From positions 111,168,001 to 111,232,000 of the forward strand of contig NC_045696.1 in NCBI RefSeq assembly GCF_009834535.1: a DNA stretch of 64,000 nucleotides. The letters are read 5' to 3'. Of the stretch, positions 52,291 to 64,000 are shown in pieces. The position numbers and the translations under genes were made by a program. The notes beneath the pieces were generated by a model. It was given only the letters and a program-made list of their open reading frames with translations, was not told the DNA's origin and did no database searches. Source of the stretch: Camelus ferus (Eukaryota). The first letter of the stretch is position 1, and each line of letters starts with the position of its first letter.

Positions 52291-53544
52291 CATCAAAGAA
52301 ATATTAGAGAAATGCTTCTCAGAATACATTTGATTGAAGGTTGGAGAGTGAACACTTGGGGACACTTTGATGCGAAGCTTATGTTTTGAGACATTAAAGG
52401 CCCAGTGAGTCACATAAATTGAACCTTATTTTTCTAGGCAATAAAGATAGGACCTGACATGTAGAAATGGGGTCCTAGTGTTGGTGATTTATTAGAATGG
52501 TGGCTTCATGATAACGATAGGATTTTGCACATAATAGGGGTTTAATAAATATTTTTGAATGAGTTAACGTATTTCTTTTTTTTTTTTGAGTTAATATATT
52601 TTTGTTGCATTTCTTCCTTACTCACAGTAAGAAATATGGAAAACGACTATTATTGAACTCACATTATAAACTAGCCACTGTTTATAATAATAATAAACAT
52701 CATGAAACATCTCGGGTAAGTTGTTACCAGACTTTGTAGAGGAGGTGAGGGGCTTTGGGTTGAGAGAACTGAAACTGTTTGCTTAAACAGTTTGCACACA
52801 GATTTTATATATATAATAGGGGTCAAGATTTGAACCCAGGAACATCGGTTTCCAAAATGTGTGCTCTCTCTGTACCACAATCACATATTAACCTCTGTAT
52901 CTGTAGGGCAGAAATGTCCTCTGGGGTAGTAAGCTGAAAGAGGGTCTGGTTGGGCTGGAATATTGCTTCACATACGACTTTTCAGCTCTAATTATCAAGG
53001 ATTTAGTGAACAAAGAATTATCCACATTTTGTAGACACGTAAGTGCAGGTCTGACGTGCTGCTCATTGTGTTCACTAATCAACATCTCCTTGGAAAGTCT
53101 CATTATCAGGATTTCCCAAACCTCTAATGGGACTTTCTAAGTAAACTATGTGAACTCTCACTTTTATCTCAAGGGTCTGCCTCTGGGGTAACCCGAGCTA
53201 AGTCCTCCCTCTTGCTCCCTCACTACTGATCCCTAAAAGAGAGGGTCAAATTACCTGATCGATGAGTTTCAAAGAAGCAACTAAGCATTGTTCATTACAG
53301 TCCTCTCTTTTGGTGATGGTAAGTCCATAGGACAAGCATGTTTGGACTGCCCTCTTCCATGTGTTTAAGGGCTTGCCCTCAAGGGAAGGTCTTTAATTAG
53401 CAACTTGATGGATAAGTCAGTTTAATTCAGGAGTGATATTTTGGGACACCCTCCAAGTCCTAATAGAGCTCAGATCATGCTCTCCAATCAGCTTTATTAG
53501 CAATATAGTGAACATTTTGATTCTATCTAGAATAGGCCCCCATG

Positions 53545-54120
53545 ATTTATAAAAGCCAATAGGTGGAAACAATGCAAATATACATCAAGAGAAAAAACAG
53601 ACAAAGTATGTTATATCCACATGTGTGGAATATTATTTGGCCATTAAAAGAAATGAAGTACTGATACATGGATGGACCTTGAAAACATTATGGCAAGTGG
53701 AAGAATCCAGTCACAGAAGACCACATGTTATATGATCATATTCATATGAAATGACCAGGAGGTCTACAGAGACAGAAAATAGATTAGTGGTTGCTTAGGG
53801 TTGGGGTGAGGGAGGGGGAAGGGAAGTGAGAGCAAAAAAGTATGGGGGTTCTTTTTGAGGTCATGAATATGTTCTAAAATTGACTGGAGTGATGGTTGTC
53901 TACATCTATTAATGTACTAAAAACCATTGAAAAGTACACTTTAAATAGGTGAATTATATGGTATGTGAATTACGCCTCAACAAACCTGTTAAAGTTAGCA
54001 TTTCATGGTGATGCTAAATGTTAAGATTAGGGTAAGCTGATTAAAATGTGTATGAGAATGCTCTGTACAACCTTGGCAACTCTTCTATAAATGTAAAACT
54101 ATTTCAAAATAGTGTTTTAA
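53545..54120 (+). mobile_element. L1MB-like 3' end followed by a short L1MC-like tail
   Basis: aaagaaatgaagtactgatacatg, acagagacagaaaatagattagtggttgcttaggg and cactttaaataggtgaattatatggtatgtgaatta. Confidence 0.85.
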
Positions 54121-54384
54121 AGTGGGTCTAAACTTGAGAAGGTCCAAACTTGGGGAGGTTCAAAACCTCTCAGACTCAGTTTTCTTACTTATAAGGGAAA
54201 AAGATATTCTAATGGGCAACCCACAAGGTGGTTGTAAGAATAAGTAAGATAGTGTATGTGACATCAGTGTATCTGGCAAATTCTGTCTCTCTCATTTGAA
54301 CTAAAATCATAAGGACCCATGTGTATGAGACAGAGTCACCACTGCATCTCATTCTTTTTCTTTATTTTGTTTGTTGTTTTAGGT

Positions 54385-54532
54385 TTTTTTTAAACCTCTT
54401 TTCGGGGGTTGGGGAGAGTAATTGGTTTATTTATTTATTTAGTTATTTTAATGGAGGTGCTGGAGATGAAACCCAAGACCTTGTGCATGCTAACCATGCC
54501 CTCTAACCACTGAGCTATACACTCCCCCCTCC
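54385..54532 (-). mobile_element. tRNA-Ala-derived SINE (Vic-1 type)
   Basis: Reverse complement gggggagtgtatagctcagtggttagagggcatggttagcatgcacaaggtcttgggtttcatctccagcacctcc followed by an AT-rich tail. Confidence 0.88.
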
Positions 54533-56029
54533 ATATCCCATTTCTCAGTAAGATCTCCCTTAACCCTTCACGTCTCCCTGTTACTTTTCTAATATAAGAT
54601 TTGGCCTGACAAGGTGTAGTCAGAGTTCCAACAGTGAGGTTAATATTTTTATTACTACAATTTAATAGATGCCATGAGCCAGCTCAGTTTGCAATGCCAG
54701 AGGTCTGGGGGGGGGGGGTGGGGAGGAGGGGAATCAGAGTAACATTAACAATTGATGCCAAAGTGGCCCTCCTTAGCAATTAGTTTGTTCTTGTTCCTCT
54801 TGCGTTCCATCGCAGCTATTTTTGTGATTATTTGTGTTTTATGAAGATGGTATCATTCCATCAGACCCACATGTAAGTCTCTAGTTGCTGACGCAGGCTT
54901 TCTTTTCCTCCTTCTGTAACACTTAGGGAAGCCAGCACAAGATTTCTGCTGGTTGGTCTGGAGTCAGTTCTGTATCTAATTATGGGGTTGATTTTCTTCT
55001 TTTGTATTCCAGTTTTCTCCACCCTCTGGGGGTGTTAGGGATTTGACACAGAAGCCTTTCCTATTATCCCTGTTTCACTGTAAGAAGCCAGGGGCGCAGG
55101 GGAAATGCCCTTGTTGGAGTGGAGGCTGGGCTTTGAGTTTTCCCTCTAAACTTCAGAGACAGAAAGGAAGTCATGGCAAGTCATTTGGTCCCTCAGGCTT
55201 CTGTGTTTTCCTCTGTAAAATGAGAAGATTGTCCTAAAACATCTGCAATTTTCCAAAACACAAGTATTTTCCTGAAGTTCACTGACAAGTAGTTGCCAAA
55301 CACCAGAGGAGTGCGGAAATGTTGTTAGCTAATATTATTTCTCATCTGTCTGCAGCATCTCAATGGGAACTCATCGCTGGGAGCAGCTCTGCTCCGGGAA
55401 AAGGGTTAGAGAACACAGGCAGAGGGGATTATGGAGAGAGCTGGTCCCTCCATCGTGGACACGGATGGTGCTGTCTTGTTTTGATGCTGACACAGACACA
55501 GAGAAGCCAGCGGAAGGCTGGTCTCAGTGCCTGGAAGATGAGCATTACATAAGTGCAATTTTACTTTCTGCGTTAATCTTTGCTGAGGTAATTGCCTTCA
55601 TTCTATTTTCAGTGTGTTGTTGGCAATGCTGCATGGTCTACTGACAGTTGTTCAATAAAAATAGAGATCATACCCAAGAGGAAAAGTGCAATAGTCACAC
55701 GTGGCCAATGTTCCGCTTCTATGAGCGGCGGTGTTCAATTCCTGAAGGGTTAAAACGGGAGAGGCATTTGCTAGTGAGTTTCTCCAGGAGTCAAGGCTGA
55801 GTTACACTCGCAGGCTGTCGGGTCCGTCTGGCACACACCTTGGGACACAAAAAGCCAGGCATCGATTTCAGCAAGGGGGTAGGGGAGCGGTCTTTTCAAA
55901 ATGAAGGAACCCGGAAGTCATATTCTCTCTACCCACCACATATTTACTCTTAAGTCACATTCACTTACTCTCCGTATGAATCACCTAATAGAGCCAAGTG
56001 TGCCTCCCAAGTGGCTCTCCAATGGTCCA

Positions 56030-56830
56030 CAGCACATTCTCAAGCCCCCTCCACTGCTGTCTTGATTCAGAACACTATCATTTCTCACCTGAACACCAAA
56101 CTCCCTCCTGAGAGGCTCAGTCTCCGAGCCCCAGCCACCTCCGGGCTTCCTCCCTTCTCAGCTCAGCAGCTGGGGTGACCCTCTAGCCTGCCCGTGTGGC
56201 TGTGACATGCTGCACTTAAAATTTTTCAGTGGGATGGGAGGGTGTAGCTCAAGTGGTAGAGCATGTGCTTAGCACACACAGGTCCTGGGTTCAATCCCCA
56301 GTACTTTCTCTAAAAATAAATAAGTAAACTGAATTGACTTCCCCCTTAAAATCAATCAATCAATGCAACACACTTGAAAAAAATTGTTTTCCAGTGGTTC
56401 ACGATAAAAATCTTCACTCCCCTACTCAGCCTACAAGTCTCATTATAATCTCTGCTGCCCATTTCACTGGCCTCACCTAGTGCCACTCCTCCTTCTTCTA
56501 GGGTCCAGCCGAGCTTAGCTGCTCATGGTTCTCTCAAATTCTCCACACTCTTGTGCCTCCCCCTGGGATACTGCCTGGCATTGCCAAGTTCTCCTTGCTT
56601 TTGGGTTTCTAACACCAACGCCCTCTCCAAATTGTCCTTCATAACTCACCAGGAAGGCCTAAGGATTATTTCCTCCCCATTTCCAATGTTCCATGTACAT
56701 GCTTTCAATATGGCAATAATCAAACTAATATTGTTGTGGAGAACAGTGTGATCTTCTGAAAGTTGGGACCATGTGTTGGATCTTCAACCCCTAGCACCAG
56801 ACCAGATAGGAGAAGTTCAATCAATTCCTA
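56030..56830 (+). mobile_element. L2 fragment interrupted by a SINE
   Basis: cactatcatttctcacctgaac, gctgcacttaaaatttttcagtgg and tgtgatcttctgaaagttgggaccatgt. Confidence 0.55.
56233..56382 (+). mobile_element. tRNA-Ala-derived SINE (Vic-1 type)
   Basis: gggagggtgtagctcaagtggtagagcatgtgcttagcacacacaggtcctgggttcaatccccagtact, then aaataaataagtaaac. Imperfect flanking repeat aaatttttcagtgg / aaattgttttccagtgg. Confidence 0.9.
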
Positions 56831-57854
56831 AGAAAGGAAAGAAAAGAAAATTTACTAGGCACCCAAAAATGTGACAGGCTCCATGCTAGATTTGGTGGTG
56901 GGGTGGGCAGTGAGGGACATGAAGGGAAAGAAAGCTGTCTATGATCCACATCTGGCAGAACCATAAAAGTAATGAGAAGATGAGCAGAGACATCAATAAA
57001 AAAAAAAAATGCATGTTGAAAAGTCAGTAAAGTAGAAAGTCTTCTAGACTTGGGTAGAACTTAATAAATCATAGAAGGAAAGTCAAACTAAAGGTAATGT
57101 TAAGGAAATAAGAACTTTGACTTCAAATGACTCCTGCCCCCTCAGTGAACGGAAAGGCTCTGGAATCCCCAATTTAAAGCCTCCTGGCATATTTGAAGAT
57201 GACCTTGATAGTCAAACATCTAGCATGTGAAGTAGATCAGAAAATGTAGATGTTCCAAATCAGGGGAATTCCAGTAACCACTTTTTATGACCTGCAGAGA
57301 TATTGAAAGGAATTCTTAAGTAGGTGAGTTTATACCCATGGAATTTAATCATTGGTCCTAATAAAATTATTATTCTCTTTAACATCGAAGGCTTTGACTT
57401 TTAATGGGGAGTGCTGGGAGGTGAGACAGGACCAGTAGTAGTGAGGAAATTATAATGAGACTCGAAGACTATACTATGGAGTTAATATTTCATCATGAAG
57501 GATACGGGAACTGTTAAAGAATTTTGAACAAGGTATAGCACAGTCATATTTGCAGACTAGAAATCTCTGACTCTCTGTGCAGGGTGGATGAGAGGTGTAA
57601 CTGAGGGGATGGGGTAGTGAGATCATTTGGGACTCTATCACAATACTCTAGGTGAGAGATGTTAGTGTCCCAGATCAAGGCGATAGAAGGCATGCACCTA
57701 TAGAGGGAGATGGCGCCGAGATAAATTAAGGCATCTGACAATATCTAAGTGACACATGATATGATGGATTCCAATCTTCCCTTCCCTATGCTAACTCAGT
57801 TGGGTGCTCCTAGACCCTCAAGACTTCCATGGCCAAGAGTATCCCAACCCTACT

Positions 57855-58530
57855 ATGGCAGACGCAGGTGGCTGCTCAATCAAATGACCATTCTCCTCCC
57901 CACCATTCTTCCAAGAGAGCCCAGATCTCACTGGAGAGGCTGAACTCCTGCTTTCCCATCAGACTTTGTAGTGAAGGAAGGGCATCAGACATGATTTTAC
58001 TCAATGGAAACGAAGGGGAAGTTTGCTGCTGGAACTTTTTTAGTAAAAGCCTTTCTTCTTATAAGAAGAATCACAAGAGGAACAACATTCCTCTTCTACT
58101 GCTCATGAACTTTGTCATACCTGAGTGTGATGCCTAGAACCCTGGCAGCAATCTTGAGACCTTGAGGAAAAAGCCTGAAGACAGAGCCATTATGCTGAGA
58201 ATGGGGGAGAAGAATGGAAAGCACCCGGATCCTTACTGAGGTTGCTTGAGCTTTTCAATCAGCCCTGAAATCACCTGCTTCCCTCCAGACTTTTGTTATA
58301 CCAGGTAAACAAAATCTTGTTTTAGAAGTTCTTGCTGCTCAAAGGGTAGTCAGTGGACCAAGTATATCAACATGACCTAGAACTTATTAAAACTGCAGAA
58401 TCTGGGGCACTACCCCACACATACTGAAGCAGAATCTGCATTTTAGCAAGATCCCCAGCACTAGTTTAATCCACTTTTAATTGGGTACAGTATCCTGTCA
58501 CTTGTGTTGAAACATCCTAATTAATATACT
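57855..58530 (+). mobile_element. MaLR LTR (MLT1K-like) with an inserted MER5A at about 58330-58460
   Basis: gagtgtgatgcctagaaccctggcagcaatcttgagaccttgagg and tcacttgtgttgaaacatcctaattaatac. Insert ctgcagaatctggggcactacccca..gaagcagaatctgcattttagcaagatccccag. Confidence 0.75.
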
Positions 58531-58559
58531 CACTAGATACAGCTCCTTTTATAACTAGA

Positions 58560-58800
58560 ATTAATTGTACTTTTTGTGTTATTCTGCAACATTTGACCAC
58601 CTCTCTCTCACAGTATGCATTTTATTTTGTCACGTATATGTAGTACAGTTAGAATTGTCCATGACAGTCTGATCCGTAAAACCTCATAAGTTCCTTAAGA
58701 GTAAGCTCTACTTCCTATTGACTTTCGGCTTCCCATTTATGCCTAGCATTAAGCTTTGTGACAACAAATATTCAAATATTTGTTGAATGAAAGAATAAAG
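58560..58800 (+). mobile_element. L2 3' end
   Basis: cataagttccttaagagtaag..gcctagca..aaatatttgttgaatgaa. Confidence 0.55.
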
Positions 58801-60357
58801 GGAGTAATCATTTCTTTGCAATTCCTCTGGCCGATGAAAATTTTAGAACGTCCAAGAAGTAGACATAATGGCTTCTAAGGCATGCTGCTGCCCTGCCTTG
58901 CATTGTAAGTGTATTCTGTTTTCTTATTCAACCACTCTTCCAGATAGAACCCTGCTTGACAGAGCTCTTCAGAGGCAAGATGCCCAGTAACTATTGGGCT
59001 TTCTTCATGGTGGACCTCACCACTGCCATCTCCATAAAAGCTTAGCTGCTTTATTGTCACTGGAATAATGAAAGTCATCTCAAGGTTCCCCATGTCAAAG
59101 TCACCAGTTTCAACCCTCTTGGGACCACTCTGTGCATATGCTGCTTAATATAAAATGATCAATGCCACAGATCAATCTACCAGTTAGCATTGAACACTGA
59201 CCACTCAGTGTGGCCAGGAAGGGAATCCGTAGCCATCTAGAATTCAGGAAAAGCCAAAAAGGGTAGGTCCATTCAGCTGGCTCTGCTTTCCTTAAAAATC
59301 TCTGGCAGTGGCCAAGCTTAGAGAAGTTAGAATGCAGGGCTTAAACATAGAAAATTGATTTCTCTTTTTCATTTAATAAAAAGCATCCATAGATTTCATA
59401 GCATGGAAACCCTGCATGTAGGTCATCCCAATAGAGGACACACACACACGCACACACACATACACAGAATAGCTTTCAGCCATCTTACAACACACACACA
59501 CACAAATACATCACAATGTGGATTGACTCTCTGTTGTATCCACGGTTTTGTAAATGTAGCTTCATAGCCCACAGCAAATCTGTGTGCTGACCTGCTTCCT
59601 CAACATCTGGCAAAAGAGCAGACATTGCAGGTGTGCTGAGCAAAGTCTAGACCTCAGGTGAGGAGACCAGGGCTCCGGTTCCAGCTCCACCCTGCTTAGA
59701 GGGGAGACATGAGCCCATCTCAGCCTCAGCGACTCCAATGAGTACCATCTTTTTGATTTTGAACACTCTCAATCTCAAACTTTAGGGTAAATAAGAAAAC
59801 ACATACAGTTATTACCAACAGCTCTGATTAGGCAAAGAAGCAGACATGATGTAGCTGTACAGTCCCTAGCAGGCCTTGCCATAATCCCATATTGTCAATC
59901 AAAAGCTAAACGTTATTAGACCAAATTGCCCAGTAAGGACCACGGACAACCACATATGGACAGCTATGGTTACAAGTCCTCAGTTGTCCTTTGCAAATAG
60001 GGAAATTGCAGATGCTTTTTCAGAATGCCTATTAGCAAATTTCGCCTTTTCAAATTTGGCTTACATTGAGAAAATCAGTCCTATAATTAGTGGGGGCATT
60101 TTTTTTTAATGTTTATATTAGGATAGTTTTGAGACATTCTTCATCTGAAATTCAGTGGAAGTTAATTCCTCAGAAAGACAGAGTTGATTAACTAATTTAC
60201 ATCGTTTCCAACTTGGGTTATCAAACATCTTACTTATATTTACGATAATTATACAGGAAAAAATAGAGCCCTGAGAGATCGGGAGCTTGCCCCAGGTCAC
60301 TGCATTAGGGGCAGAGCCATGATCACAGCTTCCATGTGGCTTTTGCCAATCAACTGA

Positions 60358-60540
60358 TGGCGGTTTTGCTCCTCGAGAGAAATTGGACAGTGTCTGTAAA
60401 CCCTTTTGGTTGTCACATTAGGAGGAAGGTACTGATCTCTTGCACTTGGTGTGTGAAGGCCAGGGATGTTTTGAAACATCCTATAATTTACAAAACAGTT
60501 CTCCATCAGCACAGTAGTGTCGAGGCCTAGAGACCCAGGG
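60358..60540. mobile_element. MER20 hAT-Charlie element
   Basis: ttttgctcctc, cagtgtctgtaaacccttttggttgtcaca and aggccagggatgttttgaaacatcctataat. Confidence 0.75.
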
Positions 60541-61184
60541 ATAGAAGTGACATTCAAATGCAAAGGCTTGCACACACACACACACGACCGAAAAAGGATA
60601 AAGTAACTGTCTATTTCTAACACTTTCTTCTAAGAAAAACAAAAACAATCACAGCCGCAAACTAACATTCTCCATGACATTTCTCTCTCACTCATTTCTC
60701 TTCCAAGATCAGGATATTTTTCTAGAACTTCAGGAATCATGGAAGAAAAGGGTAACATTCCATTAGCTCGATTCCCATAAGACATGATTAATAGTATTAC
60801 TAAGGGATGCAGTTTCATGGACTGTTTTGGGCTGATAATCTTAAATGTAGAAATTGAATAGGAATGATGAAGTAAGAAGACTTTGTCTGCATTAACTTTG
60901 ATGGGAGCTGGGTGTCTGGCAAAGCTCCGATTGCCTTGAGGCCTGGTTTCAGGCCAAAGAGACAGACTGCTCCTCTCAGGGAAAGGTTTGAGTTTGGAGA
61001 CAAGCTCCCAGCAGTCCTTTGCTCAGTGGGCAGAGCTTGTCATCCTCCTGGACCACACCATTCTGAGCACTGACTGCCCCCTGCGTCTCCTTCAGGCCGG
61101 CCTGTAGCAGAGTGAGGAGAGTGTGCCATGGAGAAGGAGGCACCTGGCGTCCTCGTCGTCGCGGGGATTTGCTGCCCCATGTGT

Positions 61185-61520
61185 TTTGGGCCAGGTCCCA
61201 CAGATCCAGGGCCTCAGTGGGTATTTTTGTGAAAGTGATTTATTGGGGGCCACTCTCAGGAGACTAGGAGTGTAGGTATAGAATAGAACAGGGGGAGAAA
61301 TCGAAGCCAAATCTCAGCTGGAGTCCAGCTTCAACCTGATCACATGGAGGGCTCTGGAGTGTGAAGTGTACCATGGAGTTGGTTTCCCTTAAGGCAGGGG
61401 GACCCTCCTTTCGTACCCCTTTGTCCCTCCATTTTGGGGCCTTTTCTCAGTGGGATGGGGTATGACCTCCCTGGCGGGGGGCAGCTGTGGCCCCATAGCT
61501 GCCAACAGTCACAGCACTGG
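61185..61520 (-). mobile_element. ERVL LTR fragment (LTR16-like)
   Basis: gtgatttattgggggccactctcagga and cagcttcaacctgatcacatggagggctctggagtgtga. Confidence 0.6.
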
Positions 61521-62041
61521 GCCCCCGATCCTGCAAGAGGACTTAGATGAGGCACAAACAGCATTTGCTTCTTGTCTGCCAGAGTCCCAAAGAGACCGTA
61601 ATCACAGCTTTAAGAAAAATACCCCAAAGCACCTTCTCAAGTAGCACTGCTTGCCACAGCATTGTTCTCAGTGGCCCTGAGCATCGCCACGTCTGGCGTC
61701 TTGAGTTACTTCCCGGGGAGTTGTGCTAAAGGAGGGCAATGTCCACATGGTATCTGCAATGTCGAAAAGCATCGTGTTCTCTCCTTGAAGTGCTCCAAGC
61801 ATTTTACAAAAAGCCATGTTAACGAGTCTCAGAGAACAGTGGAAGAGGTTAAAAATAGATGTTAAATCATCTAACTTAAAGATTTCAAAAAGGAGTCCCA
61901 TTTTACCAGCAATTTTTGAATAATAATCAATTGAAACCATTTCAGCAAGTTCTTTAGAAATCTTGTTGGCATATATTTTCTTTCCACTTATTTTCTTTAA
62001 ACACAACAAACAAAACTATCTCTGGAGAAGCGTAATAGAGC

Positions 62042-62232
62042 CCAGGGTTCTCAAACTCGGCCTCATTTACATTTTGGGCAGGTAATTGGAGGCTGTTCTA
62101 GGCATTGTAGAATGTTTACAGCATCCCTGTCCTCTGCCTACTGGAGGTTTCGGTACCCCTGCTCCACCTCCACCCTCTCACATTGCCAGATGTCCCCTAG
62201 AGAGAAAAATTGCTCCTGATTGAGAACCATCC
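62042..62232. mobile_element. MER20 hAT-Charlie element, opposite orientation to the copy at 60358
   Basis: cagggttctcaaactcggc, gcattgtagaatgtttacagcatccctg and cattgccagatgtcccct..gattgagaacca. Confidence 0.8.
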
Positions 62233-63342
62233 AAGAAACCCAGGATAGTCTGTGGAGTCAGGGCGGGGCCGCTGACTAGCTGCGTGTCTTGAGCAAGCTA
62301 ACAAGCTGCTCTCAACCTGGGTTTAATCCAATGTGAAGTGGGAGTGATGCCCACCCTGCAGGATAGTTGTGATGATTTGGGTAGAGGGCCCTGAGGTAGC
62401 GTAGATCCTGGCACATGAGTCCACGTCGGTCACTGCTCTTCCTCCTTCTGGACTAAAGTACTTTCAAAAGTGGTTTGCATTCTTACGGGAAAAAGAGTGA
62501 TTAAAGGACCATTTCATACAAATTAAGACAGGCAGTGTGGTTTAACTTCAAAGATCTAAGGTTGATAGAGAAAAAAACTAATTCCTTCTAATTGGAAAGG
62601 ATGTCACTCCTACTTGTCCCCTTTCAGTTTTTACTAAATATTCTTTAGGGAAAATAGGATGGAAATTTACCCAGGCATTTAAAGTAACATTTTCTGAACA
62701 CTTAAATGTGTACCAGATAACTGTTCCAGGCACTTAACATGGATTATCTGTAGGTACAGCCATCTCCAGTTCATAGATGAGGAATAGGAAGCAGAGAGAG
62801 TTTAAGCAATTTCCCCCAAGTAACAGAAAATGAAGGGGTCTATTGGAAAATAGACAAGCCAGGTCAGCTTCTACAAAGACAGCTGGTGGTTTGGGAAAAC
62901 GAATACCTAGAGAAATAGCCACAATGCACTGACAGCCCTTTGTTGGCCTGCCTGTAAAGTCCAGTCCTAGAGATACAATTTTGCCTCAAATTAAGACATT
63001 ATTGGCCCTAAGTATGGGAGATTTGCCCCACGTGCCATATGCAGTTCAAATTAAAATGATAAACAATATGAAATCAATGTAGGAAATCCCGAGAAAGTAC
63101 TAGTGGTTCCCATGATGAATATAGAGATAATCTTTTGGAAACATCAAATATCACATTTTTTCAAAAATATTTTCCCGTATGTAGTTTGTCTGTTGGGTAT
63201 GCAGTGCTGATAACTCTGAGCTCCTCAACCTCCTGCAAACGTCTTGATATTGAATCAATTATCTTGACCTTGATCTTGGAAGAAAGGGTTTATGAGCTTG
63301 GACTGGGGAACGTAGCTTCACTCTCTTAACTTTGATTCAGAT

Positions 63343-63561
63343 CAGGCATCAACAGACTTCTTCTGTAAAGGGCCAGAAAGTAAGTATATTAGGCTTCGTG
63401 GGCCATTTGGTCTTTGTCACAGAGACTCAAGTCTGTCACTGTAGTTCAAAAGCAGCCATAGACAAGATATAAACAATATATTAAACAGTTCCAGTAATAT
63501 TATATTCACAAAATAGGCAATGATCTAGATTTGGCCAGTGGACCATAGTTTGCCAGCCTCA
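63343..63561. mobile_element. MER58A hAT-Charlie element
   Basis: ttctgtaaagggccagaaagtaagtatattaggcttcgtgggcca, aaagcagccatagacaa and gatttggccagtggaccatagtttgcc. Confidence 0.85.
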
Positions 63562-63965
63562 GATCAAGGGCCCTCTTATGGAAGATGATGCAAAATTACA
63601 CATAAAAACAATAGGGCTTATAGGGAAAAAAAGTAGGGTTAAGGGGACAACAACCCAAAATTCCATTAGTGACACAGAGAAAAAGATAGGAACCTAATCA
63701 AAGTGATGTTACAATTTACACATGTTAAATGGTTAAGGAGTACACAATGCTACAATAAATACAGCACTTTACCTTGAAAAAGACCTGAAGTTCCCCAGTA
63801 GAAATGTGCTTTGGAACCATCGTGCTTTGTGAGCTCCTGGGAAGTGGCAGAAAGAGGGTGATGTGGCAGAAAGAGGGTGATGTGAGATCACTGAGAAACT
63901 TGCAGCACTAGACGTGCATGCATGTGGCTCATAACACGTGTGATGACCTGAGGTAGCTGGTGGAT

Positions 63966-63990
63966 GTGTGTGTGTGTGTGTGTGTGTGTG
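63966..63990. repeat. (TG)n microsatellite
   Basis: Perfect TG run near the window end. Confidence 0.95.
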
Positions 63991-64000
63991 GGTAGGTGTG

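Noticed and set aside
14850..52412. Scattered AP-1 heptamers (14850, 23290, 24186, 40507, 44127, 52406)
   Set aside because: About 8 are expected by chance in 64 kb, and they are not clustered.
56236..56310. tRNA-Ala-like sequences here and at 7490-7564 and 54455-54532
   Set aside because: They have broken stems, a shared AT-rich tail and flanking duplications, so they are SINE heads rather than tRNA genes.
1..64000. CRISPR arrays, operons or other prokaryotic systems
   Set aside because: The window is clearly eutherian, with no repeat-spacer array and no gene-dense ORF structure.

Overview
Mammalian genomic DNA, most likely a camelid: there are three tRNA-Ala-derived Vic-1-type SINEs and young L1 3' ends, and I saw no Alu, B1, Bov-tA or CHR SINEs. 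A CpG-island promoter at about 44.0-46.9 kb carries the first exon of a minus-strand gene, with a strong donor (AAG|GTAAGG at 46206/46205) and an ATG in strong Kozak context at 46240. Positions about 126-46205 look like one long intron, and a candidate next exon sits at the left edge of the window (acceptor at 126/125). I could not recognise the gene. Positions 47-64 kb are upstream or intergenic. The rest is ordinary eutherian repeats: L1, L2, MIR, MaLR/ERVL LTRs, one solo ERV1 LTR, hAT fossils and microsatellites. None of the listed six-frame ORFs looks like a real protein, and I see no convincing novel biological system. The best leads are a putative spliced uORF or N-terminal peptide joining the two exons, a near-perfect 45-bp palindrome, an intact antisense solo LTR and several intronic CpG-retaining patches. 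Repeat family names come from recalled consensus resemblance, and boundaries of old repeats are approximate.
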